This document shows, in pieces, positions 16,227 to 22,645 of a stretch of 33,106 nt of DNA (its first letter is position 1; each line of letters begins with the position of its first letter). The position numbers and the translations under genes were made by a program. The stretch comes from Clostridiales bacterium (GTDB lineage: Bacteria > Bacillota > Clostridia > Christensenellales > Aristaeellaceae). The DNA lies in NCBI GenBank assembly GCA_022776785.1, contig JALFHA010000026.1, forward strand, positions 1-33,106. Reading direction: 5' to 3'. The notes under the pieces are model-generated. The model was not told where the DNA came from. It was given only the letters and a program-made list of their open reading frames with translations, and did no database searches.

Positions 16227-16855
16227 GCGCTTCTCTCCTTGACCTCGGCGTGCTCGTCTTCCTCCGCTGTCCACGCGATGCCCAGCGGCGTGCGCGTCTT
16301 TTTCACGCTTCCCAGCCTTCCGTATGCGCCGCACAGCCACAGCATCCGCCGGATGTGCTGGTCGCAGACGACCTCACGCAGGAATTCCGGCAGCCCCGCA
16401 AGCTCGCTGTACGCGATAAAGCCGCTCGTCGCGCCCGTCTCAGGCTCCTCCTGTGCTCTCCTGCGCCTGCGCCCTCCAGCCGCCGCGCGCTCAACAGCCA
16501 CCCGTCTGGCCTCGTCCATCCACACGGGCCCTTCCTGCTTGTGCGCCTGCTCCTGCTCCATGTGCCTGCGCAGCCTTCCCAGCGCTGCCGCCTCATCCCG
16601 CCGGGCGTTTTCGGCCTCCATGATTTTTGCGCGCTCTGCCTCCGTGATGATCTGCGTGCTCTCCACGCCCAGCGCATCGGCCATCGCGTCCACATGCTTC
16701 ATCTTCGGGCAGCGCGTCCCGCATTCGTAGGCCGAGATCGAAGCCCTTGTCACCCCGACGTGCCATGCAAGCGTCTTCTGATCCATCCCGCGCGCCTCGC
16801 GCAGCGCTTTGATTCTCTTGCCAATCTCCTTGATTTTCTCTGCCGTATCGTCCAT
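16223..16855 (-). CDS. XRE-family HTH protein with a long charged helical linker and an unassigned C-terminal domain
   Basis: The N-terminus IGKRIKALREARGMDQKTLAWHVGVTRASISAYECGTRCPKMKHVDAMADALGV is a canonical Cro/C1-type HTH. The ORF is 210 aa. Confidence 0.8.
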   Translation of the reverse strand: MDDTAEKIKEIGKRIKALREARGMDQKTLAWHVGVTRASISAYECGTRCPKMKHVDAMADALGVESTQIITEAERAKIMEAENARRDEAAALGRLRRHMEQEQAHKQEGPVWMDEARRVAVERAAAGGRRRRRAQEEPETGATSGFIAYSELAGLPEFLREVVCDQHIRRMLWLCGAYGRLGSVKKTRTPLGIAWTAEEDEHAEVKERSA

Positions 16856-16874
16856 GCTCTGCCTCCCTCGTCTG

Positions 16875-17654
16875 TTACTGCGTCACCCCGGCCAGCCATT
16901 CCCGGTTGAACATCGGCACGGCCTGCTCGATGGCGTCCTGTATCGCTTCTGCCAGCTCCTTGACCTCCGGGTGCGCGTTCCCCGCCGCGCAGCGCTCCCG
17001 GTAGACGTGCGCCCACTCGGCGAGGTTCACCTTGAAGATGAACGTGCTCGGGATGCACAGCCGGTACAGCCCGCGCCGCACATCTTGTTTCCCCGTCATC
17101 TCCTCGGCCACATACCCGCCGTCCTCCTTCACCCACACCCTGCCGTCTACGTCCGTGTAGTTCTCCGGCAGATCAATGCCCAGCGCTTTGAGCACTTCTT
17201 CCGTCGTGCGGATTTTGTCCGCGTAATACGCGCTCTTTTCGCTCTCGCCGAACTCCGCCAGCCGCGTGCTCTCCCGGACAATTCGGTTGTCAAAGCGTTT
17301 GGCGTGGCTGTCCCAGTCGTCCTGCCCGGCCCTGTGCAGGCCGTATACCGTCACGGAGATGTCGATGAATTTCAGCAGCGTGATGTGCTTCTGGCCGTAC
17401 TTGCACAGCTTTTCCAGCATCCGGTGAAAAGCTGTGTACGCTTCTTCTAGCATCTCCCTGCTGTAATCAAGCAAGGGCTCATTCTCAAAGTCCAGCACTT
17501 TTTCATGGCTGTTGAGTACGCCAAACGGCGAAATAACCAGACAGCACATTTGCCGTATGCCGTTTTCAAATTCTTCTGTCAGATGTCTCTTGCTGATGTG
17601 AAGCGCCACCAGCGCGTCATCCATGCCCGAAATGCTGTTCACATGCACCTTCAT
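16875..17654 (-). CDS. ThyX-like (FAD-dependent thymidylate synthase fold) protein, divergent
   Basis: The ORF is 259 aa. It has a ThyX-like start (MKVHVNSISG...), a central ISVTVYGLHRAGQDDWDSHAKRF...RESTR and a C-terminal NLAEWAHVYRERCAAGNAHPEVKELAEAI (compare the ThyX pattern NxRxxxHFxxLRxxxxAQxEIR). The canonical RHRxxS motif is not intact. Confidence 0.55.
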   Translation of the reverse strand: MKVHVNSISGMDDALVALHISKRHLTEEFENGIRQMCCLVISPFGVLNSHEKVLDFENEPLLDYSREMLEEAYTAFHRMLEKLCKYGQKHITLLKFIDISVTVYGLHRAGQDDWDSHAKRFDNRIVRESTRLAEFGESEKSAYYADKIRTTEEVLKALGIDLPENYTDVDGRVWVKEDGGYVAEEMTGKQDVRRGLYRLCIPSTFIFKVNLAEWAHVYRERCAAGNAHPEVKELAEAIQDAIEQAVPMFNREWLAGVTQ

Positions 17655-17953
17655 GCCTCAACTCTCCTTTTGTCTCTCTTGCTCCTTGCGCCCGACATTT
17701 CTGCCGCCCGCAAACGCCGGAACGGTTGTATATCACACGCGTTCATACGCGTGTATTTCCAGATTGATTTTTTCGCACGCGAATAAAACGCGAATAAATT
17801 CAATCCTCCTTATACACTCCATCCCATTGCTGCCCGAACGGGCAATCGATACATAAATCCACCAGTAACCCGGTTTCATCGACAAAATATTGGTCTCCAA
17901 GCGCAATACATTCTGCGCAATGATCCGAAATGAAGTCTCCCAATTTTGCACCT

Positions 17954-18052
17954 TTACATCCGTTGCTTTATTTCACTTAACGCCCAACCAACAGCAACAC
18001 CAACAAGAACTCCACATATCGTGAAAATCTGCACAATTATGCTTTCGCTCAC
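17954..18052 (-). CDS. Possible 32-aa single-TM peptide (MSESIIVQIFTICGVLVGVAVGWALSEIKQRM)
   Basis: The GTG start at 18052 is 5 nt after GGGGGA and 2 nt after the upstream stop. The core is hydrophobic with a basic tail. It is below the track cutoff as an independent ORF. Confidence 0.3.
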   Translation of the reverse strand: MSESIIVQIFTICGVLVGVAVGWALSEIKQRM

Positions 18053-18054
18053 AT

Positions 18055-18267
18055 TTATCCCCCTCTCCACTCCTTGAAGCGCTTTTTGTATTTGTAATAT
18101 CGCTTCTTGAAATCCCTGTACAATTTCATGCCCTGCTTGTGCGCTTTTGCGCACTTCCGAATCATTTTTTCTGTAATGTCCGTTTGCTTTAAATAATCAG
18201 TGCAAAACTCTCTTGCACAAGCAATATTCCTTTCCCTTTGCTTGGCATACTCAGCCCTGCTTTTCAT
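18055..18267 (-). CDS. Hypothetical very basic 70-aa protein (Lys/Arg/Tyr-rich tail)
   Basis: The ORF has an AGAAGGAGAAAT-ATG RBS and lies in an AT-rich island. Confidence 0.5.
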   Translation of the reverse strand: MKSRAEYAKQRERNIACAREFCTDYLKQTDITEKMIRKCAKAHKQGMKLYRDFKKRYYKYKKRFKEWRGG

Positions 18268-18279
18268 CCATTTCTCCTT

Positions 18280-18663
18280 CTACGCTTCTTTGCGCGCTTC
18301 GTCCGCTTCCACGCTCAGCTCCTCCCTCATGTTTCTTTCCTCCGGCGGCATCATGCCCGCATCCTCGTACATCTTGAGCCTGTCCCTCACATGCCCGAAT
18401 CCACTCAGCGCTGCATAGACCGTCGCAATCGGGCACATCTCGTCCAGGCATCCGAAGATCAGCCAGTCCTTCTCCTCCTGCGTGACGGCGAACTCGGGCG
18501 GAACAACGTCGCAGCCTCGCTCCCTGCACAGGCTCAGGCAGAAGTCCGTCGTAGGCATGTCTGTCTCTCCGTGCCGGATATACTGCCAGCCATCCTTGCC
18601 GTACACCATGTTCATCACGGTTTCAAAGTTGTCCTGTGGGTTATCTGTGGTTAGCCTTTTCAT
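18280..18663 (-). CDS. Conserved hypothetical phage protein (YEDxG..PEE motif class)
   Basis: The start was trimmed to ATG 18663 (TGGAGGCAAAAA-ATG). It begins MKRLTTDNPQDNFETVMNMVYGKDGW and contains RLKMYEDAGMMPPEE, a pattern common in Firmicute phages. Confidence 0.6.
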   Translation of the reverse strand: MKRLTTDNPQDNFETVMNMVYGKDGWQYIRHGETDMPTTDFCLSLCRERGCDVVPPEFAVTQEEKDWLIFGCLDEMCPIATVYAALSGFGHVRDRLKMYEDAGMMPPEERNMREELSVEADEARKEA

Positions 18664-19150
18664 TTTTTGCCTCCATGTCAGGTGCGGTATGCCCATATTC
18701 ATCCCACGCATCCGGCTTCTCGCACCGCTCGAATGTGATCACCCAGACCCACGGATTCGCATACCATCCATATTTTGTAATCTCAGTATTCTTGATTGTG
18801 CTGTCCCATAGCGCTGCGAATCTTTCTCTTGGTGAATATCCAATCGGGGGCTTTGATCCTTCTATTTTTGCTTTTTCACACGATTCCTTGTACTCGTCTG
18901 TCTCGCACAGATCGCATGTCAATGTGCCCTCGTCGATTGCGTCAGACTGAGAAATCTCGTTCAGCCTTTCTACTTGCACGTCGGTCACGCGGAGGAAGAT
19001 TCTCGCCGCATCGCGTGGCATGTGGATGGAAGGATGCCATCGAGGCTCCTTATCATATCCAGCAGAAACGGCACTTCCACCATCTGCTTTATAGATATAG
19101 TGGTCGCACCAGTCTCCGTTCCACGTCTCCCGCACCCACAGGATGCTCAA
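18641..19150 (-). pseudogene. ASCH-like phage gene lacking its N-terminal ~60 aa (5' boundary approximate)
   Basis: Recognisable sequence begins abruptly at ILWVRETW. It continues WHPSIHMPRDAARIFLRVTDVQVERLNEISQSDAIDEG...YGWYANPWVWVITFER. The upstream part of the tracked 217-aa ORF is Arg-rich out-of-frame read-through of the neighbouring gene. Confidence 0.5.
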
Positions 19151-19802
19151 ACTCGTATGCCACCGTGCTAAGCACAAGTCTGTCGATGATCGCCGGGTTC
19201 GCTGCCGTTCCGAAGCAGTCACGCCATGCACTCTGCGCCTCCGCGCGCGCGTCCGCTCTCCGCTCCTCCTCCTCGTCATCTTCTTCACACACATTGGGGT
19301 TACGGTAAGGATTACGTTTCTCTCTCGTACTTGTATAGTTTATATATATGTCCCCCGTGTTGCCCCCGATGTTGTCCCCTGTGTTACCCCCGCTGTTATA
19401 CCCTCTGTTACCCCCCGTGTTACCCCCTGTGTAATCCGATTTTTCCGTATAGCATGTCTCTCCGTCGCGCTCCGTGTCCGGTGCAGCATACTCGGGGTAG
19501 AAGTAGATCATCCTGTACGCCGGGCTTTTCTTGTTCTTTTCGCCCTTCGTAAACTCAATCAGTCCGCGCTGCTTGAGGCTGTTTCGCGCTATGGAAAGCG
19601 TATCATACTTCATCGGGCAGTATGAGAGCAGCCGGTCATTGCTGATGCGGATGAACTCATCGGGCCACACGCGGCCTTGTGCGCGCTGATTCATGATGTG
19701 CATCAGCGCGTACCACAAAAGCCTCTCGCTGGACGTGAGGTGTTCATCAGTCGCATACTCCATAAACCGTATGTGCTCCCGCACATAGTTGACGATTGGC
19801 AT
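19089..19802 (-). CDS. Replisome organizer / replication initiator (winged-helix N-terminal domain, GGNT repeat linker, truncated DnaD-like C-terminus)
   Basis: This is a 237-aa ORF. The N-terminus (EHLTSSERLLWYALMHIMNQ...TLSIARNSLKQRGLIEF) looks like a phage O/DnaD-type organizer. A DnaD-like segment (AWRDCFGTAANPAIIDRL) stops after about 30 aa. Confidence 0.6.
   Translation of the reverse strand: MPIVNYVREHIRFMEYATDEHLTSSERLLWYALMHIMNQRAQGRVWPDEFIRISNDRLLSYCPMKYDTLSIARNSLKQRGLIEFTKGEKNKKSPAYRMIYFYPEYAAPDTERDGETCYTEKSDYTGGNTGGNRGYNSGGNTGDNIGGNTGDIYINYTSTREKRNPYRNPNVCEEDDEEEERRADARAEAQSAWRDCFGTAANPAIIDRLVLSTVAYEFEHPVGAGDVERRLVRPLYL
19351..19434. repeat. Seven in-phase 12-bp tandem repeats (plus-strand consensus yCCCCnGTGTTA), candidate iterons of the phage origin
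   Basis: The units start at 19351, 19363, 19375, 19387, 19399, 19411 and 19423. They encode GGNTGGNRGYNSGGNTGDNIGGNTGD. An AT-rich tract (TTGTATAGTTTATATATATG) lies at 19331-19350. Confidence 0.6.
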
Positions 19803-19832
19803 GACATCATCCCTTTCGCTTTTGTCTCGTGC

Positions 19833-20246
19833 TCATGCGCGCCCCGTGCTTCCAAAACCGGCGTCGCCGCGATCTCCTGCGTGAATCTCGTCAACGATCT
19901 CAACCGGTTCATACCGTACAGGGATGACGACGAGCTGGCTGATCTTGTCTCCTCGCCGGATTCTGCATGTCATGCTGCCGTGGTTATACAGCTTGACGAC
20001 GATCTCCCCGCTGTATCCCTCGTCAATCAGTCCCGTGCTGGTGATGTCACTGTTCACGTTCAGGCCGCTTTTGCTCACCAGCAGCCCGGCACACCCTGTA
20101 GGCAGTTCGACACGTACCCCCGTGTGGAATATGCCCCAGCTTCCGGGATAAATGTCGCGTCCATCTGTTGCATACAGGTCAAGTCCTGCATCTGTGTCAT
20201 GGGCCCGCGTCGGCGCAATCGCGTCGGCATCCAGCTTTATCCGCAC
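19833..20246 (-). CDS. dut: dUTP diphosphatase
   Basis: The start was trimmed to GTG 20246 (GGGGGAG RBS 7 nt upstream). Motifs include AGLDLYA, GLIDEGYSGEI and a C-terminal RGDAGFGSTG. Confidence 0.9.
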   Translation of the reverse strand: MRIKLDADAIAPTRAHDTDAGLDLYATDGRDIYPGSWGIFHTGVRVELPTGCAGLLVSKSGLNVNSDITSTGLIDEGYSGEIVVKLYNHGSMTCRIRRGDKISQLVVIPVRYEPVEIVDEIHAGDRGDAGFGSTGRA

Positions 20247-20518
20247 GTTGTGTCTCCCCCTTTGTCCTGCATGGCCGCATCCATGCGGCCTCTTGCTTCC
20301 TTGGCGATGTCGCGGACGGTCAGCATGTCGCTCCATCCGCCGATCTGCGATATCACCACGCTGTATTCGTGCCTTGGAATCTCGCGCAGGCCGGAAATGC
20401 CATACCGCGCAAGCACGGCCTTGCGGATGGCATTGCCCAGCTTCTTTGTCGCCGCAGCCTCGTCAATGCCGCGCTTGTCAAGCAGCTCGCGTGCTCTCGC
20501 GCGGATCGCGTCATTCAT
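20237..20518 (-). CDS. 93-aa ORF resembling an ORF6C-type antirepressor C-terminal domain, probably a 5'-truncated remnant
   Basis: It contains AIRKAVLARYGISGLREIPRHEYSVVISQIGGW. No RBS precedes its ATG, which abuts the composition break at 20519/20520. Confidence 0.4.
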   Translation of the reverse strand: MNDAIRARARELLDKRGIDEAAATKKLGNAIRKAVLARYGISGLREIPRHEYSVVISQIGGWSDMLTVRDIAKEARGRMDAAMQDKGGDTTCG

Positions 20519-20519
20519 A

Positions 20520-20755
20520 TAAGTGATATCGAAAATGAGACAAAGAATCCGTCTGTGGAAACCATTCGTTTGATCGCAGAAGCTCTTGGCGTAACAAAAT
20601 CTGAGCTTATGGGAGAAAACAAAGAGACTGCCCCCGAAAATGGAGACAGTCTCAAAGCAGAAGGTTTCTTTATTCTAAACGGACTTAGCGATGACGGTCT
20701 GAAACAGGCTGTGAACTATCTTCGCTATCTCTCAAAAAGCGAAGATACGAAATAA
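20520..20755 (+). pseudogene. XRE/cI-type repressor fragment lacking its N-terminal ~25-30 aa (HTH helices 1-2 missing)
   Basis: The low-GC sequence begins in mid-motif: ISDIENETKNPSVETIRLIAEALGVTKSELMG. The tracked upstream extension is antisense read-through of high-GC phage DNA. Confidence 0.65.
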
Positions 20756-20825
20756 ACTCTCTGAGGTTTTCTTCATCCAGTGCGTACATCAGGCGCACGG
20801 CCTCCTCGATCAGCATATCCCTCAC
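20685..20825 (-). CDS. Possible 46-aa ORF (VRDMLIEEAVRLMYALDEENLREFISYLRFLRDSED...), antisense to the 3' end of the XRE fragment
   Basis: A strong RBS (AAAGGAGGAAAAGCC-GTG) is present. The first ~21 codons are GC3-rich, and then the ORF runs into AT-rich DNA. It may be a gene fragment. Confidence 0.25.
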   Translation of the reverse strand: MRDMLIEEAVRLMYALDEENLREFISYLRFLRDSEDSSQPVSDRHR

Positions 20826-20874
20826 GGCTTTTCCTCCTTTCGGATGTTGTTCGCCGTATACAGCATTTGTAATT

Positions 20875-20940
20875 ACATATATGTTGTATCACATAATATG
20901 TGCGAATACAAGTAACTGAGAGCATGTTCACATATTCGTG
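20875..20940. promoter_or_regulatory. Three related palindromic or half-palindromic boxes (ACATATATGT, CACATAATATGTG, CACATATTCGTG), candidate operators
   Basis: The boxes lie at 20875-20884, 20890-20902 and 20929-20940 in the AT-rich region upstream of the SWIM gene. Confidence 0.35.
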
Positions 20941-20987
20941 GATTTGAGTTAGTATTATTTGCAATACATAACAGAAAGGGGCTTCAA

Positions 20988-21572
20988 ATGGATACAACTA
21001 TTTTCTTCTGGAAGCCGAACAATGTTAAATCTGCTATTTCAGGGAAAATGACGCCAATTTCTGTGGATTACGAAGCAAAAACTGGCGTTTTTGCTTCATC
21101 TAGGGGCAACAAAACCTATACATGCACACTGGATCAGTGCCCGTGTACAGATTTCTCAATCAATCGAAAGCCTTGCAAGCACATGATTCGCCTTGCCCAC
21201 GAGCTACACGTCATCACTCTTGAAGGAGTACAGGATTCAAAAGCTGCCGCTCAGGAAAAGCAGGAGCTTTCCATTGCGGATGCACTCATGAAAGATGTGC
21301 CTTTGCAAAATGCTCTTGTAATCTTTATCACTGTTGATGCTCTGAAAAATGGTGAAGCCATCTCAGACGAACAGCTCGCATTACTGCACGATTATATGCC
21401 TTTCCTCGTTACCGATAACGGCACATTTAATCGGGAGAAACTGCCCGTATATCAAACCATGAAAGCAAAGCTCTCCAATCGTCTTGGGCTTTTACTCGTC
21501 GAACATGCAGGAGAATTGACGGAAGATGTCTTGAACCTGCTCTGTCTTCTGGATGATCCATCGTTTGAATAA
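20988..21572 (+). CDS. SWIM zinc-finger protein with a helical C-terminal domain of unknown function
   Basis: The ORF is 194 aa with an AAAGGGG RBS. The motif CPCTDFSINRKPCKHM (CxCx9CxH) lies at nt 21138-21185. Confidence 0.75.
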   Translation: MDTTIFFWKPNNVKSAISGKMTPISVDYEAKTGVFASSRGNKTYTCTLDQCPCTDFSINRKPCKHMIRLAHELHVITLEGVQDSKAAAQEKQELSIADALMKDVPLQNALVIFITVDALKNGEAISDEQLALLHDYMPFLVTDNGTFNREKLPVYQTMKAKLSNRLGLLLVEHAGELTEDVLNLLCLLDDPSFE

Positions 21573-21631
21573 ACCTGATAGTTAGTTTTTCGCTATATAG
21601 GTTTACAATCGAATTCAAGGAGGATTGCTCT

Positions 21632-22525
21632 ATGAAAAAGCTGATTTCTCTGTTCATCCCTCTTGTACTCGCAGCGGCAGTCGGCGTCGCTCAGGTTGAC
21701 CTGTCCGGCATGACCTACGACGAGCTTGTCGAATTGAAAGACCAACTCAACCTTGCTATGTGGAATAGTGAAGAATGGGAGGAGGTTGTCGTGCCACAGG
21801 GGCTATGGATTGTTGGCGAAGATATTCCGGTTGGGCATTACACAATCAAACCGGTTGACGGAAATATAGCAACAGTGGTTTACGGTTGCAAACTGAAAGA
21901 AAATAAAGCGAACCTGGAGAAATTCACTTCATCATCACGATATGATGAAATCATCAGTCCGTCATACAGATACTATTCTCAAGGCGATAAGGATACAATT
22001 GATATTGATATGCAATACGGTTACTATGTCGAAATCGAGGATTCAAGCGTTGTTTTTACCCCATATACTGGAAAGCCAACGCTCGGATTCAAAAAGAAAA
22101 CCGGCAGCACCTCAACCGGCTCTACGACTGCTCAGGTCACTCCGCCAAAGACCACACCAAGGCCGCAGACTACACCATATATCGATAATAGCACAGGAAG
22201 AAGATACATTTACATAGATTATAAGAACGTTGCAAGAAATCCAGAGCTATACAAAAATACCAAGGTTTTCCTAAAGGGTAAGGTCGTTCAGGTTGTTGGA
22301 TCAAGAACCAGAGGCTATGATATTCGCCTTGCAACAAGCGGGGGCTTTGATGACATCTACTACATCGTCGTGCCCGCAGAAAAGACTCCGTCCTTTAACA
22401 TTCTGGAGGGCGATAATCTGTTCGTCCTCTGTACGCTTGGTGGGGACTACACATATAAAGCTGTCCTCGGAAACGAAATAACCCTTCCTCTCGCCACAGC
22501 GGATTCGATCAGCCTCCAGGAATAG
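21632..22525 (+). CDS. Secreted two-domain protein of unknown function
   Basis: The ORF is 297 aa with an AAGGAGG RBS. It has a signal peptide (MKKLISLFIPLVLAAAVGVAQV), a Thr/Pro-rich linker (TGSTSTGSTTAQVTPPKTTPRPQTTP) and a C-terminal domain (YKNVARNPELYKNTKVFLKGKVVQV) typical of Firmicute exported proteins. Confidence 0.75.
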   Translation: MKKLISLFIPLVLAAAVGVAQVDLSGMTYDELVELKDQLNLAMWNSEEWEEVVVPQGLWIVGEDIPVGHYTIKPVDGNIATVVYGCKLKENKANLEKFTSSSRYDEIISPSYRYYSQGDKDTIDIDMQYGYYVEIEDSSVVFTPYTGKPTLGFKKKTGSTSTGSTTAQVTPPKTTPRPQTTPYIDNSTGRRYIYIDYKNVARNPELYKNTKVFLKGKVVQVVGSRTRGYDIRLATSGGFDDIYYIVVPAEKTPSFNILEGDNLFVLCTLGGDYTYKAVLGNEITLPLATADSISLQE

Positions 22526-22645
22526 AAAGCAAAACAAAAACCCGCCCCGGTTTCCCAGGGAGGGTACGCAGAATCAGCCAACACCACTTGTCCGATTTGC
22601 TGTTTTATTATAGCGCGGGCGATGCACAAAGTCAAGGAGCCAATC

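Noticed and set aside
17733-17951. 72-aa minus-strand ORF (GTG start) in the AT-rich spacer upstream of the ThyX-like gene
   Set aside because: It has no RBS and covers the palindrome and the 11-bp duplication. It was treated as non-coding.
19351-19434. Possibility that the short tandem repeats are a CRISPR array
   Set aside because: The units are contiguous 12-bp repeats with no spacers, they lie inside an ORF, and no cas genes are present. Iterons or a peptide repeat fit better.
20773-20997. 74-aa minus-strand ORF in the AT-rich region upstream of the SWIM gene
   Set aside because: It has no RBS and an implausible composition (Cys/Ile/Tyr-rich). It spans the promoter/operator-like region, so it is more likely non-coding.
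22526-22645. Imperfect GC hairpin (ACCCGCCCCGG...CAGGGAGGGT) after the secreted-protein gene as a terminator separating it from int
   Set aside because: The stem has a mismatch and no T-tract follows. There is not enough support to annotate a terminator or an int promoter.
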